Assembly (NCBI GenBank): GCA_946965045.2
Contig: OX337236.1
Coordinates: forward strand, 2,356,001 to 2,420,000
From: Epithemia pelagica
Lineage: Eukaryota; Protista; Bacillariophyta
Reading direction: 5' to 3'
Length of the DNA stretch: 64,000 nucleotides
The first letter of the stretch is position 1. Every line of letters begins with the position of its first letter. Made by a program: the position numbers and the translations under genes. Below the pieces are notes generated by a model, which saw only the letters and a list, made by a program, of their open reading frames with translations, ran no database searches and was not told the DNA's origin. Shown here in pieces: positions 1 to 12,155 of this stretch.

Positions 1-3000
1 GTACCAGTTGGTGGAACACAGTGATGATGATGATGACAATGACGACGAAAAAGAGTCCATGGACGTTGACTCATCCAACACAAACATGGCGACGGAACCC
101 ATTCTACGTCTGGGTCCAGGAAGCATTGTTGATGTCCTGGTACATCGACCGTCGTCGTCCTCCTCCTCCAAACACAAGAAGAAGTCAACCACAAGGACTC
201 TTGGGAGTAGTACGATTGTACCTCTGAGGTTGCCTTCACGAAAGGAACAGGCCCATACCATTACGCAATTGGATCCAACAAAACATTCCTTGCAACACGA
301 CGTGCATCCTGGACAATTGATTGAAACCACCGTGGAAGGATTCGCTCAAAATGGTCTGTGTTTGGCCTTTGGCGGAGCCAACAAGTCCGTTGTCTTTCGA
401 GGAGCCGTAGAACGACATCATTTGGGCAGTGTCTTGTTGCCCACTTCCAAAACCGAATCACAGGATGCTTCGACGGGTAGTGGTACTTTTTCGGTCGAAA
501 AGGAATGGAAGTCCATTTTTCCAGTTGGGAAAAAGATTTTGGCTCGTGTCATTGCTGTGGATCCATCCAGTAAAATTGTACGCTTTTCCTTGCAAGGACA
601 CTTGATGAACTATCATGCCGCCTTTTCTGTCCATGGTTCGTCGTCCCCTCCCAAAGCATTGGCCATGCCTCCGCTGGGATCCCTCTATAGCAATGCCACG
701 GTCCTTCGGTGTGATCCAGGAGTTGGTGCCTTGCTGGCCTTGCCGCCCTCGTCGACAAATGATACGCGAGACGACGACGACGAGGACACCAGCAGCGCTG
801 TTGCCCTGCATCCACCCCCTTCGACGGATCCACGCTATATCAAGGGACAATCCATTCAAGCCGTTTATGTGCACATTTCCAAGGCCATGGATGAGTACAA
901 TCACGAAACTACCAAAACGGCCAAAAAGAAAAAGAGCAAGGATTCGCAAGCTCATGGTTTGTTTGCCAAAACCTTTGCCCCCTCGACCCAACATAATGTC
1001 CGTATCTTGGCCAACTCCAATTGGTTCGAGGGCTTTGCGTCAGGGGCCACGGCACGCTCCATTGTCGAGGCTCATGTCGTGTCGTATGCGGACTTGGTAC
1101 CGGGACAATTGTACAAGCAAGTTCGTATTCTTCGAGGAGCGAACCATCCGAACAATAATAAAAGGGGTGGTGACAGTGTGGGTGTGGTGGTCGACTTTGG
1201 AATGGGCGTTGGTGGTTTTATTCCCAACAGTCACTTGTTTGATCATCAAGACCACGCGGCGGGTAGTAGTAGCGGCAGTCATTACCGATCGCAAGTCCTC
1301 AAAGTGAAGTATGCTACGAATGCCAAGGTAACCGTCCGAGTCTTGACGGTAGATGTGGAACATCGCCGATGCATTGTCACGGCCAAAAAAAGTTTGGTCT
1401 CGGCAGAGTCGCATCAAATCTGGTCCTCCTATGAGAGCTTGCGCAAGGGACAAACCGGAATGGGTGTTGTCACCAAGCTTGACCCTCACAAGGGTATGTA
1501 CGTTACCTTTTTCAACAATGTCAATGGCTTTGTGCCCATTCGACATGTACGACAATTTCAACAACAACAACAAGCGTCCGAAGTGGAGGAGGAATCGTTG
1601 CACAATGTGGGGGATGTGATTCAATGCCGTGTGCTGCAAATACAAAAATACCAACGTAAAAACCAAGACAAGACGGGTCAAGAATGGAACTTGACGTTGG
1701 GATTATGCACTCCGAGTGAACCTGAGGATCCCCAGAATGAAGAGGATGCGACCAACCAAATGAATGTTGACGACGACGACGAAGAAGAGACCTTGTATCA
1801 ACAACATATCATGAAGGTTCCAGTACAGAGTATTTTACCGAGTCGGTGTTTGCGGGTCGTTCATGTCAAGGAATCTCACGAAGTGGTCAAGAATGGTAAG
1901 GTGATTGTCATTCCTGGCCATGCCTTGGTGGAAGTAGCGACGAAGCACTTGCCTGTTCAGTTCGAGACCAATAAAGATGATAGCGATGGTGCTAGCCCAG
2001 TTGACTCTCGACGTCTTCAAGGATTGCTTCCCAAATCAATCGAATGTAAGCTGTCGTTTGATCAGCTTGTGGACAAGTATCCTCCGGAGGTTCTCGAATC
2101 AGCATCCGCCTTGAACGAGTTTGCGGCAACGCGCCTCAAACAGGGGCAATTGATCAAAGCCGAAAGTATGGTGCTGTGGGATCCCAAAAAGACAATATCG
2201 GATTATGCCAATGGTATGGGTAAACTCACAACTCTAACGTTGCGTCCAAAGTTTCTGGAGAAGGCAGTCACGACGGACCAATCAACACACGAGAATGAGA
2301 GGTCAGACCAGGAAGGGGACGTGTACGTTGGAAGTGTGTTGCAGGGATTTGTCAGTGCGGTGGATCCTCGTCATGGTGCATTCGTGCAATTTGCAATGAC
2401 TGGAGAGGAAGACGTTCGCGTCACGGGTCTTGTTCCAAAGGCTGACGGTGGATTGGATCTGTCCCTTTACAACACTGTCAAAACGCGCGTCGTTGCGATT
2501 CAACCGACAGTTGTAGACAGCAATGGCCAGCGCCGGCAAAAGCTCTTGTTGTCGACGAGTATGGATGGCAAAGATGGTAAGAAGAGAAGCAAGAGCGATG
2601 ATCCCGTTCATCTATCTGTGGGAGATACTGTGGAAACAGTTATCGTGGAAAAGGTTTCGTTCTTTTTTGCCAGTGTTAAGATTTTGGACTCTAGAGTCAC
2701 CAAGGGCAAGGCGAAAGCCGCCTTGCATGCCTTCATTCACTGCACTTCGGTGCTGGAAAATCCTCCTGCAACGACAGAAAACGCTACTTCCGATTCTATG
2801 GAGACACAAGAAGAAGAGGAAGACCGACTGACATGGCACAGCGATCACCCTTTCTATAAGTGGCACCATGGTCTCAAGATACACAATCTTACTGTTGCAT
2901 CGATCGAAAACGCCAATGATGAAAAGCATCATTGGCCTTCGGACAAGCTATCAAGAATAGTTCTCGTCCCCCAACCAAGTTCCAAGCAAACCAATTCAGA

Positions 3001-5838
3001 TACTATCTCACATGAAAAAGGTGACAAGGTCAGCGGAATTGTATCAGCCGTTTTGCCCAACGGACGAGGAATGCGAGTAGCATTGTCTCCGTCTTTGTCA
3101 GCCTTTGTTCCTGCCGTAGAGGCTTCCGATAAATTTGATGTGATTCAAGACCTTGCTTCTAGTTTTACCAGAGGACAGCTTGTTTCAGCCCACGTTGTGG
3201 GACAAAAGAAAAGAAAAGTAAAAACAGGAGAAGAAGAGACCCTTATATTGACTTTACTTGGGGGGAAGGCAAACAAACTCAAACGTCCGTCTATCATAAA
3301 GAAAGGCAACGTAGTTGTTGGTCGGGTTAACCGTCGCAAAAGGTTGTATGGGGAAACAGCTCCGACTTTGGTGCTGGACTTACCTGGGGGGACAATAGGT
3401 CGCTGTTGCATCACTGAGCTCGCAGATCCTAATGAATGGGTGAATTTTCCGCTGGGCAACCCATTGAAGCAATCTCCTTCCAAACAGCCAAGAAAAGGTA
3501 GAACAGCCAGCATTGACGAAGATGAGAACTCGACTGGAGATGTTGACGAAGACCATGAGATGGATGATGCCCTTTCAGTCACTGACAAACAGAGGTGAGT
3601 TGTGTAATGGCCGCTTATTGGACTCCTCGAATTTACGCACAGAGAGAACCAAACCGTTGTAAAATGGCGGTTTGTAGTTCTCTATCCAAAGAAGGAATGT
3701 GCGAAGAGTACTTGTTTTGGGACGATTGTGTGGAGAGGCCAATTCGACTTTCAGCGATGGTCACAATGAAAAATCGCCTACAGTTCCCTTCTAACTGTTC
3801 TCTTGATTCGTTTTTGTGTCTGGTTCACAGTTCCTGGGGAGAATTTCCACACGGCTCTATAGTGCAATGTTGCATCCTTGACATCTCGACCAGAGGACAG
3901 TATACAATTGCTGATGTCAGTTGCCGAACTAGTCGACTGAGAGGAACAGTCACAGACGATACAATACCTGGCGTTGGAGAAAAGGCCCCCGCTTATGTTG
4001 TCCGTACCAACCCCAAAGGATGTTTTCTTCGTATTTCACGGCAAGTCGAAGCGAGGGTGATCCTCAAAGAATTGTCTGTCGGGTTTGTTGCAGATCCGGC
4101 CACAACATTTCCACCTGGACGACTGGTTCTTGGGAAAGTAAAGAAAGTCATCACTTCTAGTAAGGGCATCACTGGCGCCACCCGTCTGGACATGGACCTG
4201 CGAGAGACATCTGTGATGGGAGGCACTGATACCGAGAACAAAATCTCGTTTCAAGACATTCAAGTCGGGCAAAAATATATGGGAACAATCACACGTATCG
4301 AAGAGTATGGGGCTTTTGTTCGTCTAGAAAACAGTGTCGTATCCGGCTTGGTCCATAAGAGCGAATGCAGTGAGAATTTCATTGTTAATGTTTCTTCCAT
4401 TTACAATCCTGGTGATCTTGTGAAGGTGTTGGTGATTCGAAAAGTGGACGAAAAGCAACAGCTTGGCCTTAGTATGAAACCGAGTCATTTCGTGAATGAT
4501 GATGATGAATCAGGGGAAAGTTCTGATGATGATGAGGAGGAGGATGAACAGAGAATACCTGGACACGATTCGAAAAACGAAGTGGCAATAATCGCAGACG
4601 ATGATTCAGAAGAAGAAGATGAAGAAGAAGAGGACTCAGATGAGTCAGAGGAGGGCAATGATGAAGATGACACCGACGACGGTACGGAGAACGAGGCTAT
4701 GGTTACTGAAAGAACGACCAAATCCCAAGGTGACCTGGACACCAATGTTGGCTTTGACTGGGGTGGAACAGCTGGGTCTTTTTCACAAACTGCGGTCATT
4801 AAGGATGACGATGAATCCATGGAAGACGATGACGAATCCCAGGGGACGAACGAGTCGAGTGAAGATGAGGATGAGAGTGGCGAAAAGACTACGTCCAATC
4901 GTTCCAGCAAAAAGACGCAAGCCGCTCGCCGACGAGAGGAACAAGCCGTGGCCCGTAGAGAAGCTGCCTTGGCCGATGGCACCGCTGATGAGAATTTGGA
5001 AACCAGCGCCGATTTTGAACGGTTGTTAGTGAGCAATCCCAACTCGTCCGAGTTGTGGATCCGATACATGGCATTTCACTTGAATTTGGCCGACGTGGCG
5101 GCGGCTCGTCAGGTAGCAGAAAAGGCCTTGGATCGGATAGAATTCCGACAAGAGCGGGATAAAATGAACGTCTGGTGTGCCTTGCTTACTCTTGAAGTCA
5201 AGTACGGGAACGAAAGCAGTGTTGAACAAGCCCTAGCTCGAGCATGCCAGCAAGTGAATCCAAAACACATTAATTTACGGTTCTGTGAAATCCTGGAGAA
5301 ACAAGGTTCTCCAGATGCCGTGGAGAAGATTGAGCAAGCGTTCACGCGCATGTGCAAAAAGTTCCGAACCAAAAAGACTGTGTGGTTGGCCTTTATCAAA
5401 TTCGTCTTGACTCATCCAGAGACTGATCAAGATGCCTTTGCCATTTCCAAGCGTGCTCTCTTGTCATTGCCAAAGTATAAGCACATTTGGCTTCTCTCAC
5501 ATTTTGCCCAATTGCTGTACGAACAGAACCAGGCCGAACGAGCCAGGGCCGTCTTGGAGGCCTTGCTTCGTGAGAATCCAAAGCGTGCCGATCTACTGTC
5601 CCTGTGTATGGATCAAGAAGTGAAGCATGGAGAACTTGCGGAGCTCCGTAAATTGTGCGCCAGAGTAGCCATGCCCATCACCGCTACTGGACAGGAAGAT
5701 CGACTGGTGAAACTCAATGACAAGCAAATGAAAAAGTTTTTCAAGCATTGGTTCACCATTGAAGAAAACCACGGATCCGACGCCGATCGTGAGGCGGTCA
5801 AAGCTGCCGCTCAAAGATATGTACAAGAGAGTGTATAA
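1..5838 (+). CDS. RRP5: rRNA biogenesis protein RRP5/PDCD11 (S1 repeats + C-terminal HAT repeats), 5'-truncated by the window; exons <1-3594 and 3831-5838
   Basis: Multiple S1-like repeats (e.g. GQKYMGTITRIEEYGAFVRL...SGLVHKSE) and the typical C-terminal HAT region (ETSADFERLLVSNPNSSELWIRYMAFHL...NVWCALLTLE). Intron 3595-3830 has an AG|GTGAGT donor, TTCTAAC branch point and CACAG acceptor. Its phase-2 splice joins the two ORFs in frame. Confidence 0.95.
3615..3785 (+). ncRNA. Candidate intronic box H/ACA snoRNA in the RRP5 intron
   Basis: Hairpin 1 (AGAGAAC/GTTCTCT + CAAACCG/CGGTTTG, 3643-3683), ANANNA motif AAAGAA at 3688-3693, hairpin 2 (3720-3778) with an internal loop, and ACA at 3780-3782 just before the branch point. 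Folding done by eye only. Confidence 0.3.
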
Positions 5839-5891
5839 ATATAGCGACATCCCATTCTCGAGTCTTTCTACTGGAACCAATAAGATCATTC

Positions 5892-7469
5892 TCATTTGTT
5901 AGCCGTCGAGTCGACTTGGCGTGGTTGACGGCCTTGTTCTACTAGAAAACGTAGACGTTTGGCCTTGACATCGTGTGATTCATGGATAAAGACCTTGCTG
6001 TAGTTGGCCGCGGATGCCGGACTGCAATGATGTTGTTTGTAAAAGGCCACTGCAGCATTGAGTCGCGGCAAAATTTGACAAACCCCAAACGCCATGCGAC
6101 GACGTTGTCGTTGAGACAAGTTGTGCCATTGACCATCCAAGGTCACGGACGAATTGTACAAGTCCATGACGTTGGCTGGTGCTTCTTGATAGAGGGGATG
6201 GGAACAGGCCAAGATATCATCGTCCGGTGGAGATTTGGGAACTTGATATTTGGAGAAAAAGTAGGGCCCAATGTACACTCGTTGACAATAGTGATAGGCA
6301 TGAGGCATGTATCGATAATTCAAGGAACAAATATTGGTTGCGTCGTTTGAATCATTCTCGTCGTTGTCGCCCTTGCCCTCCATCTCGTCCCTGGGAGTTT
6401 TATCAATCCATTCCGCCCAAGCTTCTTCCCTTCCTGATTCGGGATCCGAAATCATGAATGATTTGGACACTTGATGAGGCAAATTCAAATGTGCAGCGGC
6501 CAGGGAGTAGGCATGCATTTCGGCCAAAAAAGCAGCATTTTGGTTGGATGGAGACTGGCCACGCATTTCTTGTTGATAAATGGGTACCACCAATTGTGAC
6601 CAGGAGGTGACAATCTCATACATATCATCCGCTTGTACCACGTAGGGTGGACCCACCGCGTAATGGCGCGCCAGGAGGGATGCCGTGACATTACGGAGCC
6701 CCGACGTGGATGCTCCTTCGCGAATGCCAGGGACAGTCAGCAACTCGGTGACATTGAGGTGGTTGATATAGTCACCACCAAAGCCATACAAGGCCGCCAT
6801 GGGTTGTCCTTTTTGAATGGTGCGATATCCAGTGGACTCGGATGTCCACAATTCTCTGCCATGCGTCATGTCTTGTTCAAACGGGCGCAACAAAAATTGA
6901 TCGGGGTCCATCAAGACAATAATGGTGCGTTGGTACTGTGACGCTTGTTGCGGAAAGTGCAAACCCTCAGTCATCCAATGATGAATGCCATGTGGTTTGT
7001 TGAAAAAGTTGTAGGCATGACGATCACTCACCAAGTGCGAATAGTCGGGCGTAATGTGCAACTGAAAGCGATTGGACATGTGCTGTTGAATGTGTGTTTC
7101 AAAGTGTCGTTGAAGGGTTTGCGCTGCCTCATCGGATTGACAGGATGCGACACGCGTGACATTGCCCGTAAAGCCAGACTTCCAAACTTGATACAAAAAG
7201 GCATAGGACTGCCAGTCTTGCAAGGCATTGCACCCCGAACTAAAGACAATATGAAAGACATATGCTTCGTCGTCGTTGTTAGAAGTGGCGCTGGTCGCGG
7301 TACGGACAGTATGTTGTGGTTGCAACCCGGAAGAAACTGGAACGTGGTCATGGTTGGCGCCATGGATGGTAGTGTGTGAAACAGCGGCATGCAAGAGGAT
7401 TGTTTGCACATGGGACCACCACAGCCATGCCACCAGACAGACACCTGTAGTAATGGTCCAGTACAACAT
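5892..7469 (-). CDS. Peptidyl-serine alpha-galactosyltransferase-like glycosyltransferase (GT96/SERGT1-like), type II membrane protein, copy 1
   Basis: Motif FHIVFSSGCNALQDWQSYAFLYQVWKSGFTGNVTRVASC resembles the GT96 domain start. Also FNKPHGIHHW, LMDPDQFLLRP, VGPPY, AFLAEMHAYSLAAAHL, YHYCQR. N-terminal TM helix. An upstream ATG at 7628 is also possible. Confidence 0.85.
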   Translation of the reverse strand: MLYWTITTGVCLVAWLWWSHVQTILLHAAVSHTTIHGANHDHVPVSSGLQPQHTVRTATSATSNNDDEAYVFHIVFSSGCNALQDWQSYAFLYQVWKSGFTGNVTRVASCQSDEAAQTLQRHFETHIQQHMSNRFQLHITPDYSHLVSDRHAYNFFNKPHGIHHWMTEGLHFPQQASQYQRTIIVLMDPDQFLLRPFEQDMTHGRELWTSESTGYRTIQKGQPMAALYGFGGDYINHLNVTELLTVPGIREGASTSGLRNVTASLLARHYAVGPPYVVQADDMYEIVTSWSQLVVPIYQQEMRGQSPSNQNAAFLAEMHAYSLAAAHLNLPHQVSKSFMISDPESGREEAWAEWIDKTPRDEMEGKGDNDENDSNDATNICSLNYRYMPHAYHYCQRVYIGPYFFSKYQVPKSPPDDDILACSHPLYQEAPANVMDLYNSSVTLDGQWHNLSQRQRRRMAFGVCQILPRLNAAVAFYKQHHCSPASAANYSKVFIHESHDVKAKRLRFLVEQGRQPRQVDSTANK

Positions 7470-9935
7470 AATGCTGCCGGATTGTCCTCCTTTTCCTCCT
7501 CGTTCTCGCAGGGTCCAACTCACGAATGGGGGATGTCGACGACGACGACGACCCGGAAGAGAACCATCATCGACGATGGAACCGTGTGTTGGAGGATGGT
7601 TTGGGGTGCGTTTTCGTGGTGCAGTCATTTCGTGTTCGAGGAAACCCTACGAATGACTGCGTTGCGGTTGTAGCTTGTTGCAGGGATGCAGGAAATGCGA
7701 TGATTGTGCAGTTTGTTGGATGGTGGCAACCAATGGGGACACGGGGAATGGGGACGGGGAAGGGGAAGGGGAAAGGGGATGGGGAATTGGGATTGGGGGC
7801 TCAAAAGATGTGGCCCGTCATATCGGGGTCACTCTCAAGAATGCCAATGACTTGCGCGCGGGCAAATCCAACAGGAAGATGCCTTATTGGGTATATGTTA
7901 ATGGTTGGGATATCTCAAGAACTGTCTGTTAATGGTGATTGGGCCTTTTACCGACATGCGTATCCAAGGACGCAAGCGAGGGGAGCAGTCAGACAAGCCG
8001 GACAAGCTTTTCCCGCCTTGGATCCTCCCATACCACAAAATCTCGGAAATCCAAGAAACAATACGGACAATCATCCTTCCTGAAATCAAACGACCGTCTG
8101 CTTGTTCTTTTCGTCTCACGTAACCGGAAATCCTTCCCCATGCCATCTACATCGTCGTCGTCGTCGTCTTGGCTGCGTTCTCTTCAGGCTCCTTGGTGGA
8201 TCTCCCTGGCCATGTGTGTCACCTGGCTGTGGTGGATCAACTGGCATGTGGTTGTGGTTCCCACCAATCCATCCTACCGCCAAAGTCTTTTCCTACGAAA
8301 TCCACAGCGACACCACTCATTCCTTGGCAAGAAATCGCCTGGTGCCAAGGAACAAGGAGAAGCGTCTTTCCCCTCCTCTTTGGAAGGACAACGAGAACCA
8401 AAACGACCACAAGGACAAGACGGCGAAAAGCCACTCACCTCCAAACAACCACAACCACCACTACTGTCGCCATCGTCCTCGACACACCAAACAATCGACA
8501 TCACCAGAGAACCGACAGGTGGTATTGATACTGACAAGCAAACGACTTTTGAGAAAGAGGACAACAAGAATGCCATGCAACCAACGACCAATACTACCAC
8601 CAGCGCCACTTCTACCAACGACAACGACGCGTACGTCTTTCATATTGTCTTTAGTTCGGGTTGCAACGCCTTACAAGATTGGCAGTCCTATGCCTTTTTG
8701 TATCAAGTTTGGAAGTCTGGCTTTACGGGCAACGTCACGCGTGTAGCCTCGTGTGAATCCAAGGAGGCGGCGCAAACACTTCAACGACACTTTGAAACGC
8801 ACATTCAACAGCACATGTCCAATCGCTTTCAGTTGCACATTACGCCTGATTATTCGCACTTGGCGAGTGATCGTCATGCCTACAACTTTTTCAACAAACC
8901 ACATGGCATTCATCATTGGATGACTGAGGGTTTGCACTTTCCGCAACAAGCGTCACAGTACCAACGCACCATTATTGTCTTGATGGACCCCGATCAATTT
9001 TTGTTGCGCCCGTTTGAACAAGACATGACGCATGGCAGAGAATTGTGGACATCCGAGTCCACTGGATATCGTACCATTCAAAAAGGACAACCCATGGCGG
9101 CATTGTATGGCTTTGGAGGAAGTTTTGTGGATCGTCTAAATGTCACCGAGTTGCTCACGGTCCCGGGAATTCGCGAACGATCATCGACTTCGGGGCTGCG
9201 CACTGTCACGGCATCTCTCCTGGCCCGCCATTACGCGGTTGGTCCACCCTATGTGGTACAAGCATATGATATGTATGAGATTGTCACCGCCTGGTCGCAA
9301 TTGGTGGTTCCCATTTATCACCAAGAAATGCGGGGTCAGTCTCCATCCAACAACGATGCCGCCTTTTTGGCCGAAATGCATGCCTACTCCATGGCAGCCG
9401 CACATTTGAATTTGCCCCATCAAGTGTCCAAATCCTTTATGATTTCGGATCCCGAATCAGGAAGCGAGGAAGCTTGGACGGAATGGATTGATAAAACTCC
9501 CAGGGACGACAAGGGCGACAAGGACAAGAATGAATCAAACGACGAAACTAATATTTGTTCCTTGAATTATCGATACATGCCTCATGTCTATCACTATTGT
9601 CAACGAGTGTACATTGGGCCCTACTTTTTCTCCAAATATCAAGTTCCCAAATCTCCACCGGACGATGACATCTTGGCCTGTTCCCATCCCCTCTATCAAG
9701 AAGCACCAGCCAACGTCATGGACTTGTACAATTCGTCCATAACCTTGGATGGTCAATGGCACAACTTGTCCCAACGACAACGTCGTCGCATGGCATTTGG
9801 GGTTTGTCAAATTTTGCCGCGACTCAATGCTGCAGTGGCCTTTTACAAACAACACCATTGCAGTCCGGCATCCGCGGCCAACTACAGCAAGGTCTTTATC
9901 CATGAAACACACGAGGCCAAGGCCAAACGTCTACG
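5950..9935. repeat. Inverted duplication: arms ~5950-7296 and ~8598-9935, separated by a ~1.3 kb non-shared spacer
   Basis: The arms read as near-identical reverse complements from ACCAGCGCCACTTCTA to AAGGCCAAACGTCTACG. Confidence 0.9.
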
Positions 9936-9978
9936 GTTATTGAAACAAGAAAAAGAACAAGCCCAACGTCCACGATGA
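8140..9978 (+). CDS. GT96/SERGT1-like glycosyltransferase, copy 2 (inverted paralog)
   Basis: Catalytic region nearly identical to copy 1. Different N-terminal TM segment (WWISLAMCVTWLWW) and a longer stem region. Confidence 0.85.
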   Translation: MPSTSSSSSSWLRSLQAPWWISLAMCVTWLWWINWHVVVVPTNPSYRQSLFLRNPQRHHSFLGKKSPGAKEQGEASFPSSLEGQREPKRPQGQDGEKPLTSKQPQPPLLSPSSSTHQTIDITREPTGGIDTDKQTTFEKEDNKNAMQPTTNTTTSATSTNDNDAYVFHIVFSSGCNALQDWQSYAFLYQVWKSGFTGNVTRVASCESKEAAQTLQRHFETHIQQHMSNRFQLHITPDYSHLASDRHAYNFFNKPHGIHHWMTEGLHFPQQASQYQRTIIVLMDPDQFLLRPFEQDMTHGRELWTSESTGYRTIQKGQPMAALYGFGGSFVDRLNVTELLTVPGIRERSSTSGLRTVTASLLARHYAVGPPYVVQAYDMYEIVTAWSQLVVPIYHQEMRGQSPSNNDAAFLAEMHAYSMAAAHLNLPHQVSKSFMISDPESGSEEAWTEWIDKTPRDDKGDKDKNESNDETNICSLNYRYMPHVYHYCQRVYIGPYFFSKYQVPKSPPDDDILACSHPLYQEAPANVMDLYNSSITLDGQWHNLSQRQRRRMAFGVCQILPRLNAAVAFYKQHHCSPASAANYSKVFIHETHEAKAKRLRLLKQEKEQAQRPR

Positions 9979-10633
9979 GTCGAGTCGAGCACTCCCTCCA
10001 GAGGCCATGTGACCTTTATCCAACCGACTAAACACCAGCTGTCCTTTGTTAGAGAGGAATGGGTCATTTGGATCCACGCTGGTTGTAAATGTTGCTTGAC
10101 GCGGGTTCTGTACATCATGGTATACGCCCGACACATGGAGGAAGAGTCGTGTTGGATAAGTTTGTCAAGACGAAATTGAAAGAACATTGGCTGTCTTTTA
10201 CTCCTTCAAAACTCTTCCTTCCAGGTAAACTTAGAAGCGTCTAATCGTACTCCCACGTTATTGGCCATTGCCTCCTTTTCCTAATCCTTTTCTCTAGTGG
10301 CACTAGAGAGACAAAGACAGAGAGCAGGGTAGAGATCCCAGCTTTTTCGGAGTCAATCCGTCGTCAGGCAAGGATGACGACATTGATACGACTCCTTCGA
10401 CCAATGGGGTGGCGCATTCTACGTGACACAGTCCAAGACCGAAATCCTTCTCGAGCGATACGGAACAACGATGGGAAACATACGACCGACATGTGACGAA
10501 ATACTCAAGAACATATCTCGATCTCATACCATAACACTACCACCAAACCACAAGGAAAGCCAGCGAGAATAAGAGCTACTTCCCTTTCTACTTGATCGAT
10601 TCCACTTTTTCAAACCAAAACAACTTGAAGAAA

Positions 10634-11855
10634 ATGTCCAACACGTCGTCGTCCAACTATTATCGTTGCGTGCATGCCCTTCTCATCGACCGAATTCCTG
10701 AATTGAATTCTTCGTTTACTCCGACACCAATGGCGTACGATCGATGGCGCTTGCCCCACGAAACAGTCGACAATGGACAAGCGTGCTTTGTGCCACTGGG
10801 GGACAATGACCGTGGCTTGCCCGTGCTTGTGGAGGAACAAGATGCACAAACAGCGGACACTGTAAATACTCAAAACAAGAGCCGAACGAAAAAGTTTCCA
10901 TCAGCACCACCACTCAAGATGGATTATATATATGTGGCCAAACCCACTAAATCCAAAGAGAAGTTGCAACCTGGATACTATCATATGCGAACAGAGGAAG
11001 CGCATAACGAAGTCTATCGGCGATTCTTGGCCTTGCCAAAACCCTCGCGACGTCCGAAACAAGCCTCGAAACAGCAACAACAACGTGGGCGCACCAAATC
11101 CAAGTCCATCGATGATGACGATGATACTCAAAGCATTCGTACCACCACGACATCCATTTTCAGACCCGACGAAGACGAAGAATCCATTGTTTTGGAAGCA
11201 GACAACAGCGACAAAAAGAGCAGCAACGCAGAAAGCGATTATCATATCAATGAATTATATTATTACAAAGAAGCAAAGAGAATCTTGTACAATCGCACAT
11301 GGACGGAAGAACCGGACGATGTCCTGGCACAACGCATGGCCCTATTAAATTCCCAAAGTCAAGGATCGGCAACAAAGAAATGGACACATGCCACGTACAT
11401 GCCTGTAATAGTTGGTTCTGTTCTCGTTTCCTTGGGTGGGCGTTAACGGTTTACAAATGAGGACAGAACCAACAATATATCGGTCACTGATGGACTACTG
11501 GTGGTCGTCAAGAAGTTTTGAACCTAAATAAATAGTGGACGATTTACTCTAGATTGTATCGTTGTTGAGCATTTATAGGATTGTTGGTCAAAGTAAAACT
11601 TGTTTTGAGAGTTTGTCTCTGTGCCAGTCGTGGAGTTTTGAGGCCATTCTACGTGGGTTCGTTCGATGCATACCATTCGGAAAATGTTGCAAGCACGCAT
11701 TCAATGGAGCCTTGGGTCTTGGGTCAATGCATCCATTCATGGATCCAAAGGTTGTCCATTGCTCCTCCATCTCTTGTCCGTATCCACGTACTCCTAGTAC
11801 TTCTACTGCTAGAGGACAAGGAAAAGTCTACCTTCCTGCAGTCGATACGCGGTAG
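10634..11855 (+). pseudogene. Unknown protein; C-terminal part interrupted by a +1 frameshift (~11435) and two in-frame stops (TAA 11529, TAG 11550)
   Basis: ORF 10592-11446 is protein-like. After a +1 shift the frame reads VGVNGLQMRTEPTIYRSLMDYWW...EPK*IVDDLL*IVSLLSIYRIVGQSKTCF and runs into ORF 11562-11855. Family not recognised. Confidence 0.45.
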
Positions 11856-12155
11856 CAGTAGATGAGTCCCGCAATGTCATTTTTTCAGACCGCCACGTCA
11901 GACTTGGAGAAGTGGACACTCACACCTCCGACAAAAGTGGTCAAGACCATGACCAAAATGAGAGGTGCGGAAGGCGACAACGCACAACACGGACAATGAG
12001 GTGAGCAAACGACCAGACGACCAGATCCGAACCTCTTCCACTTCCACTTCGATCAGACAACCGAAGGGAACTGTTCCTTCATGAATCGGCTGTAAATAAA
12101 GACAACGACTGGCAAAGCAGGAGAAAATACCAACAACGAAACCTGCAACAAGAGG

